Shown in pieces: positions 55,187-64,000 of a DNA stretch of 64,000 nucleotides. The stretch comes from Bdellovibrionales bacterium (GTDB taxonomy: Bacteria; Bdellovibrionota; Bdellovibrionia; Bdellovibrionales; UBA1609). A model generated the notes under the pieces. The model saw only the letters and a list, made by a program, of their open reading frames with translations. It had not been told where the DNA came from and searched no databases. A program made the position numbers and the translations under genes. Positions within the stretch are counted from its first letter, which is position 1. Each line of letters starts with the position of its first letter. The stretch is taken from assembly GCA_007121385.1 (NCBI GenBank), contig SKLV01000002.1, forward strand, positions 18,845 to 82,844, in the 5' to 3' direction.

Positions 55187-58039
55187 ATGAAAACACTCAG
55201 CCCCAATCACTTTGCTCACCGTCACATTGGCCCCCAGGAAACCTCTGTTAAGGCCATGCTCAAAAGCTTGGATCTTGACTCCCTAGAGGATTTGGTTTCA
55301 GAGGCCGCACCAAAATCGATTTTATTGCAGCGAGAGCTTGACCTCCCAGAGGGGCTCTCCGAAACAGAGCTTCTCTCGAGGGCCCGGGAGCTGGCTCAAC
55401 AAAATAAAGTGGGCCTTTCTTTCACCGGTCAAGGCTACTACGACTGTCATACCCCCACGGTTATTCAGCGTAACATTTTAGAGAACCCAGGTTGGTACAC
55501 TGCCTACACTCCCTACCAGGCCGAGATTTCCCAGGGACGCATGGAAGCCTTGCTCAACTTTCAAACCATGGTGATGGATCTCACCGGAATGGCTATGGCC
55601 AATGCCTCTCTTTTGGATGAAGCGACAGCTGCCGCTGAAGCTATGTCGATGTGCAAGGCCTTGAGCAAAAATAAAAACGCCCAAAAGTTTTTTGTCGACA
55701 GTAACTGTTTTGCTCATAGTCTTGAGGTCATTTTAACTCGAGCCGAGCCTTTGGGTATTGAGGTGGTGGTGGGAGACGCCAGCCAGTGGAGTCCTAACAA
55801 CGACTTTTTTGCTGCTCTTGTACAATACCCTGGTTCCCAAGGCGATATCCCCCATTTACAGCCTTGGGTGGAGGGGTGCCACGAAGCTCAAGTGATGACG
55901 ATTGTTTCAGCCGACCTCCTCAGTCTGTGCTTACTCAAGCCTCCTGGGGAGTTTGGAGTCGATATAGTGGTGGGAACCACCCAGCGCTTTGGAGTGCCCA
56001 TGGGATTTGGCGGGCCTCATGCAGCTTTCTTGGCCACTAAAGATGAGTTTAAGCGCCTGATTCCAGGACGGATCATTGGGGTCTCCAAGGACAGTGAGGG
56101 GCGACCAGCTCTGCGTCTCTCTTTGCAAACTCGGGAACAACATATTCGCAGAGAGAAAGCCACAAGCAATATTTGCACGGCCCAAGTTCTTTTGGCGGTG
56201 ATGGCCTCTATGTACGCCGTTTACCATGGACCAGAAGGCCTGAAAGATCTAGCTCTCCGGATTCACCGATGGACTCAAGTATTGGCGAGAAACTTGCGCC
56301 AAATGGGTTTTAAAATTAAAAATGAAACCTTTTTTGACACCCTCACGATCCAAACCTCTCAGGCCCAAGAGATTTATCAGCGAGCTCAGGAAAAGCAAAT
56401 CAATCTCTTTCTTGCTGGTCCCGATGAACTTCGTCTCTCGGTGGATGAGTGTAAAACAGCTCATCATATAGAGTCCCTTCTAAGCTGCTTTGGACCTGAC
56501 AAAACCTTTGAACTGCAGCCCAAAGAGGACGAGACTTGGCCCCAAGAACTGCAGCGGCAGTCCGACTTTCTCAATTGGCCAGTTTTCCACCAACATCGCT
56601 CGGAAACTCAGATTCTGCGCTATATTCGCCACTTAGAGTCCAAGGATCTCTCACTCACCCACTCGATGATTCCCTTAGGCTCTTGCACGATGAAGCTCAA
56701 TGCCACCACTGAGATGGTCCCCATCACTTGGCCTGAGTGGAGCAAAATTCACCCCTTTGCCCCTCAAGACCAGGTCCAGGGCTACCGGCAGCTGATTGGC
56801 GAGCTGGAGAAGTGGCTCTGTGAGATCACTGGATTCGCAGCCGTTTCTCTCCAGCCCAATGCGGGCTCTCAGGGAGAGTATGCTGGGCTCCTGGTCATTC
56901 GACGCTATCACCAGGAAAGAGGTCAAAGTCAAAGAAATGTTTGCCTGATCCCCAGCTCGGCCCATGGAACCAATCCCGCCAGTGCTGTCATGGCTGGGAT
57001 GAAAGTGGTGGTGGTCCGCTGTGATGACCAGGGAAACATAGACCTCACAGACCTTAAGGAAAAAGCCTTTGCTCATCGTGAAGAGCTTTCGGCTCTGATG
57101 ATCACTTACCCCTCAACTCACGGAGTTTTTGAGGAAAGTGTTAAGGAGATCTGTCAGGTGGTTCACGATTGTGGGGGCCAAGTCTATATGGATGGAGCCA
57201 ACATGAACGCGCTCGTGGGAGTCAGTCAGCCCGGGGCTTTTGGAGCCGATGTCTGCCATCTCAACCTGCATAAAACCTTTTGCATTCCCCATGGAGGAGG
57301 TGGACCCGGAGTGGGGCCCATTGGCGTGGCTTCTCATCTCAAAGAGTTTTTACCCACCCATGGAACTGTTCCCGAGGCAGGCCCTCAGCAGGGGATTAGG
57401 GCTGTGGCGGCAGCCCCTTGGGGAAGCGCTAGTATTTTACCTATCTCTTGGGCCTATATTGCAATGATGGGTCGAGAGGGACTGACCAGAGCCACCCAAG
57501 TGGCTATTTTGAATGCCAACTATATGGCTCAACGACTCGCCCCTCACTACGATATTCTTTATAAGAGCCCCAAGGGCTATGTGGCCCATGAGTGCATCAT
57601 CGATGTGAGACAGTTCAAAGCCTCTGCGGGTATCACTGTGGATGACATTGCCAAACGCCTTATGGACTATGGCTTTCATGCCCCCACCATGTCTTGGCCA
57701 GTTCCCGGCACTCTTATGATTGAGCCCACGGAGAGTGAATCTCAAGAAGAGCTTGACCGCTTTTGCGAGGCCATGATTCAGATCCGTCAAGAAATTCGTG
57801 AAATTGAAGAAGGTCTGGCAGATCGAAACCACAATGTTTTGACGCAATCCCCGCACACCCTCAGTCGATTGATGAGCGAGGACTGGCCCAACCACTACTC
57901 GAGAGAAAAGGCCGCTTTTCCCCTTAAATGGGTAAAAGAGAGAAAGTTTTGGCCTTCAGTCAGCCGAGTGGACAACGCTTTTGGAGACCGAAACTTGGTC
58001 TGCTCCTGCGCCCCCCTCACGGACTATCAGTCCTCCTGA
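55187..58039 (+). CDS. gcvP: glycine dehydrogenase (decarboxylating), single-chain P-protein
   Basis: 950 aa with [21 protein letters not shown] and the PLP-lysine context [18 protein letters not shown]. Confidence 0.95.
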   Translation: MKTLSPNHFAHRHIGPQETSVKAMLKSLDLDSLEDLVSEAAPKSILLQRELDLPEGLSETELLSRARELAQQNKVGLSFTGQGYYDCHTPTVIQRNILENPGWYTAYTPYQAEISQGRMEALLNFQTMVMDLTGMAMANASLLDEATAAAEAMSMCKALSKNKNAQKFFVDSNCFAHSLEVILTRAEPLGIEVVVGDASQWSPNNDFFAALVQYPGSQGDIPHLQPWVEGCHEAQVMTIVSADLLSLCLLKPPGEFGVDIVVGTTQRFGVPMGFGGPHAAFLATKDEFKRLIPGRIIGVSKDSEGRPALRLSLQTREQHIRREKATSNICTAQVLLAVMASMYAVYHGPEGLKDLALRIHRWTQVLARNLRQMGFKIKNETFFDTLTIQTSQAQEIYQRAQEKQINLFLAGPDELRLSVDECKTAHHIESLLSCFGPDKTFELQPKEDETWPQELQRQSDFLNWPVFHQHRSETQILRYIRHLESKDLSLTHSMIPLGSCTMKLNATTEMVPITWPEWSKIHPFAPQDQVQGYRQLIGELEKWLCEITGFAAVSLQPNAGSQGEYAGLLVIRRYHQERGQSQRNVCLIPSSAHGTNPASAVMAGMKVVVVRCDDQGNIDLTDLKEKAFAHREELSALMITYPSTHGVFEESVKEICQVVHDCGGQVYMDGANMNALVGVSQPGAFGADVCHLNLHKTFCIPHGGGGPGVGPIGVASHLKEFLPTHGTVPEAGPQQGIRAVAAAPWGSASILPISWAYIAMMGREGLTRATQVAILNANYMAQRLAPHYDILYKSPKGYVAHECIIDVRQFKASAGITVDDIAKRLMDYGFHAPTMSWPVPGTLMIEPTESESQEELDRFCEAMIQIRQEIREIEEGLADRNHNVLTQSPHTLSRLMSEDWPNHYSREKAAFPLKWVKERKFWPSVSRVDNAFGDRNLVCSCAPLTDYQSS

Positions 58040-58353
58040 GAAGCTCCTTCTTGATGACCATGTTGATGGCCATGACCTTTACGACCTTTCCGCTTTTGGT
58101 CACGCCAATTCTCTTTAGCCTTTTTCTTGCGTTCAGCTCGTTTTTCTTTAGCTGAATTGCGAGCTTTCTCCTTTAGCTCCTGTCGCTCTTCTTTTTGCTG
58201 CTCCCTAAGTTCTTGACGTTCTGCTTGATGTTTCTCCTGAAGAGCCTGACGGGGACTTTGGTCCTCTGCATAAACAGACCCCATTGAAAATAAAGCGCCC
58301 ACTCCAAAAGTGACTTTGACCAAATTCAAAGTAAAAATTTTCCTAAAACTCAT
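58027..58353 (-). CDS. small secreted, highly charged helical protein with a His-rich tail (Spy/CpxP/ZraP-like in composition only)
   Basis: The ATG at 58353 has a GGAGG SD. It has a signal peptide ([29 protein letters not shown]), then the E/Q/K/R helix [17 protein letters not shown], then GHGHQHGHQ. Confidence 0.55.
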   Translation of the reverse strand: MSFRKIFTLNLVKVTFGVGALFSMGSVYAEDQSPRQALQEKHQAERQELREQQKEERQELKEKARNSAKEKRAERKKKAKENWRDQKRKGRKGHGHQHGHQEGASQED

Positions 58354-58387
58354 CTTTTTAACCTCCAATAAAAAAATAGAAACCGAC

Positions 58388-58534
58388 CTAATATTTAACT
58401 ACAAAATTCCATGATTTTGGATTTAAACGGCGAGGCAACACAAACTTCCTCTCGACCCTGAGCTTTTCCTCCAAGGGTTCGTCGTTAGAGGTCTTAGCTC
58501 TCAATTTGGACTTTTGCTCGGACTTCTTTAGCAT
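58388..58534 (-). CDS. candidate unannotated small ORF (48 aa, basic)
   Basis: The sequence GGGAGGG-ATAAGT-ATG places a strong SD 6 nt upstream of the start. It translates MLKKSEQKSKLRAKTSNDEPLEEKLRVERKFVLPRRLNPKSWNFVVKY and ends 34 nt before the next gene's ATG. It is below the 60-aa cut-off of the ORF track. Confidence 0.3.
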   Translation of the reverse strand: MLKKSEQKSKLRAKTSNDEPLEEKLRVERKFVLPRRLNPKSWNFVVKY

Positions 58535-58598
58535 ACTTATCCCTCCCTGATGACCTCAGTCTACTTCGGCTAAAGTCCAGTTGGACTTGAGTGGGAAA

Positions 58599-59459
58599 TT
58601 AGGGGATGGGAGGAGAAAGGGGAGGACTTTTGACTGCCTCAACGAAGGTGAGCAGGTCTCCTCCTTTAAACTGGGGAATTGGCAAAATATTGTAAAACTC
58701 TTTGGGGGAGTAATTATAGGCCGCGTCAAATCCCACTTCGAGAAGCGTTCTTCTCAGCTCCTCTGCAGAAGGTAAATGAAAGTGAAATTTATTGTCCATC
58801 AACTGATTAACAACTTGGGTGAAGCTGCGCAGCGGAGCCCGGCTTAAAACCTGCTGAGCTAAAAGATAGTCACTTAAATAAACTCCCCCTACCCCTCGGC
58901 TTAAAAAGCGATGAATATTTTCCCAAACGCGACGCAAATCACTGCCCTCCAGATGATTGGCCAAGCCCTCCATAATGACCAAAACTGGCCTTTGAGGATT
59001 GATAAAGGGCCGGAGCTCTTCCTCTAAACTAAGGGGACCACTTTTGAGGACTGCGTTGATGGCCACCCTTTTTAATGAGGCGGGACTACTCTTCTCTTTT
59101 TGCGCCAGTCTGGCTTTCTCGTCGATAATAGCCGGCAAATCGGACTCCACATAGGTTATATGCGGGTACTTTTGAGTGAGTCTCAGGCCACGGCCGGACA
59201 GTCCGCAACCAATCTCTACCACCTGACTCACACCACTTCGCAGCTTGTCTTCAGCTAAATAGTCTAAGATCTGATGGCGCTGCAGTAAAAGCCCTTCTAA
59301 ATGAATGCCCCCATAAGTCCAGCGCAGAGCCTGATCAGCCCACTTAACGGCCGAGTACAAGGCCTCTCCTTTCATCTGCCCCCATCCTTTTGGTGCCATT
59401 CCTCTTTTTACCCAAACTGTATTCGTGTAAAGGGCAGCCCCCCAGTCTATCAAACTCAT
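58599..59459 (-). CDS. class I SAM-dependent methyltransferase, LCMT/TcmP-like
   Basis: It shows motif I VVEIGCGLSGRG followed by YVESDLPAII, an arrangement I associate with the leucine carboxyl methyltransferase-type family. Confidence 0.75.
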   Translation of the reverse strand: MSLIDWGAALYTNTVWVKRGMAPKGWGQMKGEALYSAVKWADQALRWTYGGIHLEGLLLQRHQILDYLAEDKLRSGVSQVVEIGCGLSGRGLRLTQKYPHITYVESDLPAIIDEKARLAQKEKSSPASLKRVAINAVLKSGPLSLEEELRPFINPQRPVLVIMEGLANHLEGSDLRRVWENIHRFLSRGVGGVYLSDYLLAQQVLSRAPLRSFTQVVNQLMDNKFHFHLPSAEELRRTLLEVGFDAAYNYSPKEFYNILPIPQFKGGDLLTFVEAVKSPPLSPPIP

Positions 59460-59462
59460 CCT

Positions 59463-61469
59463 TTAGTAGCCCTCACAGCACCTTATAATTTGATTCTGAG
59501 GCAAACGGTATTCTCCATTTTCATCAATGTAGTGACGCAGACTAAACTTTCTGTTGGCAATAATATCCTGAATATATAGTAAAGTCTGGTAAATTTTTTC
59601 CTGACTGAACTCACCATAAAAAAAGCGCAAGTCCGGTTGCCCTTCACCAACTAAAACTAAATTGTATTTCAACACCTCCCCATATTTTTCAGGGGGAATC
59701 AAGCGAATGAGATAGTGAGCCCCCACTTCATGGAAAAGGTCGTAGGAACGCAAACTCAAATAGGCCCTATAACGGACCTGAGGAGTGGCCACCCTCGAAA
59801 AAATCACTGACAAATAATCCACCATAGCCCAAATATCTGACTCATACTCTTCGATCCAATCCATAGCCCCCCCATCATGGTAGTGGGACCCGCCCTGTGG
59901 CTGAGCTTTCGGCCTTCCCATTTCCCTTAAAGTGGAGCGCAAAATAGCCGCTAGTTCATTTCTAGAATAGGACTCGCCCAGGAAAAAGGATTCTGGATTT
60001 AAAAAGATCTCACTTTGAAAGAACACATTGATCACTTTTCCCTCTGAGAAGTCCCAATCTGGCCATTCAATCAACTCCTCCAGCTCCCTGGGTAAGAGTG
60101 TTTGGACATATCTCCTGAGCTGTCGATACCTTCTTTCCGTTAGATTTTTAAACTCTCTTTCTCGTCCCGCAACAAAAGCTAAAAATCGCTCTGGCTGCCG
60201 CTCAGGACTTGCCGCCAGTAAGAGGCCTGATCGAATGAGGTCGTCAGATCCAAATAGGTTAAACAGAAAACGAACTCTTGATCTTTTTTCATAAGTTTTA
60301 AAGATAAAGTTCACAAATTCCTGATCACTTTTAAAGCTCAACAAATGATTGGTGGCATGAGCCAAAGACCCCGTATAGGAGGCTAAATAGGCCCCTATCC
60401 TCTGCCTCCCTCTTTGAGCTGATATTGTATTCGCTCCCTGGAACAAACGCACAATTCGTCTCTGCTCGATGGGTAATTCCAAATCTTCAAGGTAGATATT
60501 CTCCACGGCCTCCAGATCAGTGAGGAGCTGATGGCCCAAGTCACGGCGAGACTTCCAAGGGTGACTGAGAGCTAGATCTTTCAAGATCAGTTTTTTAAGC
60601 ATCAAATCATCGTAGGCCTGAATGGCATCCTGATTGCGCAGATCAAAGACATAGTCGACAAGGAAGAGATCACTCACATTGGCCAATGCGTCCAACTTTA
60701 AAGAGCTGAGCTCAATGACGCGCCGGATTCGACGATCGACAACATTGATACCAAAAATTTCTAGATCTGGGCTCACACCCAGACCCGCCTCGATACCTGC
60801 CTGCCGACCGCGGAGAGCGAAAAACTTAATCCTTAAACGATCCTCTTCCATTCTGAAAATATGAACTAAGAACTCGCCCCGCAGCAAAGCATGAGTCGAA
60901 CCATAAGCACGCAAAAATTCGTGCAGATAGGTCCCTCTATACAACCGAATCAGAAAACTTAAATCGGCCTTAAAAGCAACAAAGTCTCCTGGGTTCAATT
61001 GCTCACGAGCGATCCTCGCATTGATGGGAATTTGCGGATAGTGATAGGGCTTCTGCAGGAGAGCTTCCTTTTGACTGCTAAACTGCCGGGCAAAATAGAG
61101 CTCGGAACCCTTTCTGATCCGAAAACCAATAGGAGAAGAAAGGTCTTCAATCCAAGCCCCAGGATCAATGCCCACATTAAAGCGATAGCGGTCAATTCGA
61201 GTGTATTGATTGGAAAATCCCGTTGGATAGGACTCGAGCTCATACCTAAAACCCAAGTCCACGCCTTCCAAAACTTCAAAGTCGATGAGTGGCAAACTGA
61301 GCTTTAGCTCTAGCTTTGAGAACTCTCTCTCGAGTCGACCCATCAGAGGATAGGAACTCAAAACCCCCTCTTCCTCTGAAATCTCCCCATGAGCCCAATG
61401 GGAACTCAAAACTGCAAGAAACAACGTGGCCAAAAACAAAGCTGGGCCTTTCCCCTGAGAACTCCCCAT
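59463..61469 (-). CDS. hypothetical secreted protein (668 aa)
   Basis: It has a signal peptide (ALFLATLFLAVLSSHWAHG). I recognise no family motif. Its stop lies 3 nt from the start of the methyltransferase gene. Confidence 0.6.
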   Translation of the reverse strand: MGSSQGKGPALFLATLFLAVLSSHWAHGEISEEEGVLSSYPLMGRLEREFSKLELKLSLPLIDFEVLEGVDLGFRYELESYPTGFSNQYTRIDRYRFNVGIDPGAWIEDLSSPIGFRIRKGSELYFARQFSSQKEALLQKPYHYPQIPINARIAREQLNPGDFVAFKADLSFLIRLYRGTYLHEFLRAYGSTHALLRGEFLVHIFRMEEDRLRIKFFALRGRQAGIEAGLGVSPDLEIFGINVVDRRIRRVIELSSLKLDALANVSDLFLVDYVFDLRNQDAIQAYDDLMLKKLILKDLALSHPWKSRRDLGHQLLTDLEAVENIYLEDLELPIEQRRIVRLFQGANTISAQRGRQRIGAYLASYTGSLAHATNHLLSFKSDQEFVNFIFKTYEKRSRVRFLFNLFGSDDLIRSGLLLAASPERQPERFLAFVAGREREFKNLTERRYRQLRRYVQTLLPRELEELIEWPDWDFSEGKVINVFFQSEIFLNPESFFLGESYSRNELAAILRSTLREMGRPKAQPQGGSHYHDGGAMDWIEEYESDIWAMVDYLSVIFSRVATPQVRYRAYLSLRSYDLFHEVGAHYLIRLIPPEKYGEVLKYNLVLVGEGQPDLRFFYGEFSQEKIYQTLLYIQDIIANRKFSLRHYIDENGEYRLPQNQIIRCCEGY

Positions 61470-61528
61470 ACCCCTCCCTTACTGGGAAAGAAGCCTACCA
61501 CAGGCTTTGGGTGGGAAAAGCACCTACT

Positions 61529-64000
61529 TCAGGGGTTTTTCGTGTTGGAATTTTTTTTAGCTGGAAGGCGTTCCGCCGAGCTCTCACTGGGTGAAAATTC
61601 TATGGCTGAGAAGAAAGCCTTTTCAAATTCTTTAAATTCCTTGAAATTTTTTTCTCCCCCAAGAAGGGAAACCATCTCCTCAAGAACCCTCTCCTCCTCC
61701 TGACGCAGTCTCAAAATCCCCTCCCTCTCAAAGCGAGGATTGATCTGGCTGCGTAAAATATTCAAGCTATGAATCAGCCCTGTTTCCAGGACAATAAGCT
61801 GCACCGCATTGTAGTCCCGAAAACTTAAGTCCTGAAGGAGAAAGCCATTGAGAGCCCGAATCCACTGCTCTTGAACTTCCTCGTTCGTGCGCAGGGCAAA
61901 AAAGTCTGTGGTGTAGAGAATATTGTCGGCGTAGGAGTCCTTATAGTCTGAGCTCATCGGGGGATCAAAGCGATCATAATCCCCTCGCTCTCTCTTTCTC
62001 TTTTCAGCATAGAGGGCGGAAGCTGAGTCCGCATAGCGGTCTTCCTCAGACCAGTTCGCTGGATTGAACTGAGCAAAAAATTCCGGATATAAAACAGCGG
62101 ATGACAGGAGTCCGATAAATACGGTCACCACTCCCACCTGTTTGAGCCAAGCCATTTTCTTTCTATGGTGAAACTGAGAGTCTATGACCACCACACCATC
62201 CAAGGTGCTGGACTCATCACTGTACTCCTCCTGAATGGACTTGGTGACAATCTCGGTCAACTCCTCTTGCCAATCTGCCTTCTCCATAATCCGAGGAACA
62301 ATATAGGTTTGGAGAGCTTGAGCAATCTCCTGGGCTTTTTGATGACGTCTCTGCTTTTCCCCATCCTGAACTTTCTCCAAGGAGGCCCTAAGTCTTTCTT
62401 CCGCCTGCAACCTCTCTCGGGCCAGTTCCACCTCCTGATCTTTCCGCAGCCGCTCGACTTCCTTTTGCGCCTGATGGAGGATTTCTTCGGCCTGAGCTTG
62501 AGCCTGTTTGAGCTGGTCAGCACAACGCTGATCCGTCTGGGCCTGAACCCTTTGTGTCTCGATGAGCACTGCAGATCTCAGCTTCTCGGCCTCCTGATCG
62601 GCATGCTGCCTTTCGCGCTGGATCTGCTCCTCTAGCTGTCGGTAGACTTCATTTTGCTGAATCACCTTCTGTTCACCTTCAGAAATCGCTTTGAGCAGAA
62701 CCTCCAACCTCTGCTCACTGGCTTCAACTTTGTCGCTGATCTCCTTAAAACTAGCATCCAAGCCGGCCAACTTTTCCTCGCTCTGGTCTTTCTTGTCTCC
62801 AAGCTCTTTCAAAACTTCTTCTTGCCTGTCTTGTTCCAGTTTGAGAGCTTTGACTGCCCTTTGATGCTCCTGCTCTAATTCTTGGGCCTCTTGCCTTTTA
62901 TGCATGATCTTTTCAGCCAAAGAGCGAATCTCCCCCTGCTGGCTCTTGATCTCATCCAATAAGGAGGCCAGCTGCCTTTGAGTCCGACTTTTTTCGGTCT
63001 CCAGATCTTTAGTTTCCTGATTAAGTTGACTGTTTTGATCGCGAATTTTCTGTTGCTCTTGAAGTAAACTCACCTTCTCTTCCGATAAGCGCCCGCGAAT
63101 CTGCTCAACTTCAGCCTCGGCTTTCTTGATCAACAGCTGGGCATCCTGCTCCCCCTTAGTTCGAAGCTCTTCCCCCTTTTGCCGAGCCTCGTCCATAAAC
63201 TGATCCGCTCTCTGACGAGCCAGAGCCTCGCCCTCTTTTTGCGCCGTCAATCGAATATCATCCACCAGAGCCTGAATTCTCTGCTTTTCTCGTATCTCCA
63301 CTTCCTGAGCTTTTTCTTTAGCCTCAGCCTGGGCCTGTTGAACCAGCTTATCCCCCGCCCCTTTTGCCTCCGCGAGAATCTCCTCAATCTGTAAAGCTGC
63401 ATCCGCCTTCATTTTTTCAATCAGTCGCTGCGCCTCTTTCTCAGCATGGGCCACGGCCTCGGCAAGGACCTTTTTTCCCTCGCTTTTTGCCTCTTCCACC
63501 GAGGCCTCTATTTTGTTCTGCGCCTGAGCCTGGGCTTGAGCCAGAGCCTCTCTGCCTTGCCGCTCGAGCTCAAGAGCTTGATCTTTAGCCTTGCTCTTGA
63601 TCACAAAAGCTTCCTGTTTGGCCTTCTTAAGTTCCTGCTCCCCAGCGGCCCCTGCTTCAGCCACAATGCGCTCTGCTTGCGCCCAGGCTTCCTTTGCCGC
63701 TTGCTCAGACTCCCTGAGAATATCATCCGCTCGAGAGTTGGCCGAATCGATACGAGCTTGGGCCTCAGCAAAGTGCTCACCAAGCTTTTTATCCACCTCT
63801 TGCTTTTTATCCTCAAACAATGTCTGAGCTTTGGCCATAGTTTGGTTGGCCTTGGCCACGGTCTCATGAGCTTGTCGCTGGGCTCGCTCCACCACCTCAG
63901 CAGCTTGCTCCTCTGATTTCTGCATCAACTCCTGGGCTCTATTCTTAGCAGAGAGAATCTCCTGCTTGGTGCGCTTAATCTGCTGCTCTGTTTCTTCCTT
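61529..64000 (-). CDS. giant coiled-coil bitopic membrane protein (5' end beyond the window)
   Basis: The frame stays open to the window edge, upstream of the first listed Met at 63928. More than 590 aa of A/E/K/Q heptad-like sequence precede one TM helix (MAWLKQVGVVTVFIGLLSSAVLY) with HHRKK on its N side. A C-terminal domain of about 200 aa follows. Confidence 0.7.
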   Translation of the reverse strand, partial: KEETEQQIKRTKQEILSAKNRAQELMQKSEEQAAEVVERAQRQAHETVAKANQTMAKAQTLFEDKKQEVDKKLGEHFAEAQARIDSANSRADDILRESEQAAKEAWAQAERIVAEAGAAGEQELKKAKQEAFVIKSKAKDQALELERQGREALAQAQAQAQNKIEASVEEAKSEGKKVLAEAVAHAEKEAQRLIEKMKADAALQIEEILAEAKGAGDKLVQQAQAEAKEKAQEVEIREKQRIQALVDDIRLTAQKEGEALARQRADQFMDEARQKGEELRTKGEQDAQLLIKKAEAEVEQIRGRLSEEKVSLLQEQQKIRDQNSQLNQETKDLETEKSRTQRQLASLLDEIKSQQGEIRSLAEKIMHKRQEAQELEQEHQRAVKALKLEQDRQEEVLKELGDKKDQSEEKLAGLDASFKEISDKVEASEQRLEVLLKAISEGEQKVIQQNEVYRQLEEQIQRERQHADQEAEKLRSAVLIETQRVQAQTDQRCADQLKQAQAQAEEILHQAQKEVERLRKDQEVELARERLQAEERLRASLEKVQDGEKQRRHQKAQEIAQALQTYIVPRIMEKADWQEELTEIVTKSIQEEYSDESSTLDGVVVIDSQFHHRKKMAWLKQVGVVTVFIGLLSSAVLYPEFFAQFNPANWSEEDRYADSASALYAEKRKRERGDYDRFDPPMSSDYKDSYADNILYTTDFFALRTNEEVQEQWIRALNGFLLQDLSFRDYNAVQLIVLETGLIHSLNILRSQINPRFEREGILRLRQEEERVLEEMVSLLGGEKNFKEFKEFEKAFFSAIEFSPSESSAERLPAKKNSNTKNP

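Noticed and set aside
58573-58588. The hairpin AAGTCC-AGTT-GGACTT lies just after the methyltransferase stop and could be an intrinsic terminator.
   Set aside because: It has only a 6-bp AT-rich stem followed by TTTA rather than a U-tract. That is too weak to call a terminator with any confidence.
62165-63916. Several long plus-strand ORFs (up to 156 aa) lie opposite the coiled-coil gene.
   Set aside because: Repetitive GAG/CAG/AAG-rich coding sequence gives stop-poor antisense frames rich in Leu, Ser and Phe. There are no independent coding signals.
1-64000. I searched for tRNA, rRNA, tmRNA, CRISPR repeats, IS ends or transposases, integrases and prophage or defence genes.
   Set aside because: None were found. 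Intergenic regions are short (46-230 bp) and contain no periodic repeats or tRNA-like T-arm or anticodon-arm structures. Every large ORF is accounted for by housekeeping or hypothetical functions.

Overview
This is a gene-dense, overwhelmingly housekeeping chromosomal segment from a Gram-negative bacterium, shown by lpxH, hldA, lspA and a full dcw cluster. The gene content is loosely reminiscent of Bdellovibrio-like organisms, but the taxon cannot be established from the sequence alone.

Gene content, left to right:
- Tyrosine catabolism: hppD plus the first 71 codons of a likely hmgA.
- A rhodanese and cN-II 5'-nucleotidase pair.
- A translationally coupled pantothenate/CoA operon: DUF2520 reductase, panB, panC, coaBC, coaX, panD.
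- comF, a GNAT plus carbon-nitrogen hydrolase pair, ppc, an M3 peptidase, nadK-recN.
- A complete division/cell-wall (dcw) cluster on the minus strand, mraZ through ftsZ then lpxH, with the murG-murC-murB block inverted in place.
- bcp, hpt, an lspA fusion, an orphan peptide-type binding lipoprotein, dacB, a CaCA antiporter, hldA, gdhA-pyrD-mutT.
- A glycosyltransferase pair, an IHF/HU protein, an EpmA-like ligase, a Lys-rich protein, a cNMP-binding protein and gcvP.
- A block of uncharacterised envelope-associated genes at 58-64 kb.

I found no rRNA, tRNA, CRISPR array, IS or transposase, integrase, or recognisable defence or toxin-antitoxin genes. Intergenic space is small, with the largest gap about 230 bp.

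I see no clearly novel system. The best candidates for something undescribed are:
- the 58-64 kb block: a giant coiled-coil bitopic protein, a 668-aa secreted protein, an LCMT-like methyltransferase, a small ORF and a His-rich periplasmic protein;
- LspA fused to a 2-TM and HAMP-like module;
- an EpmA-like ligase with an extra N-terminal domain.

All family calls rest on motif recognition by eye. No database search was run.
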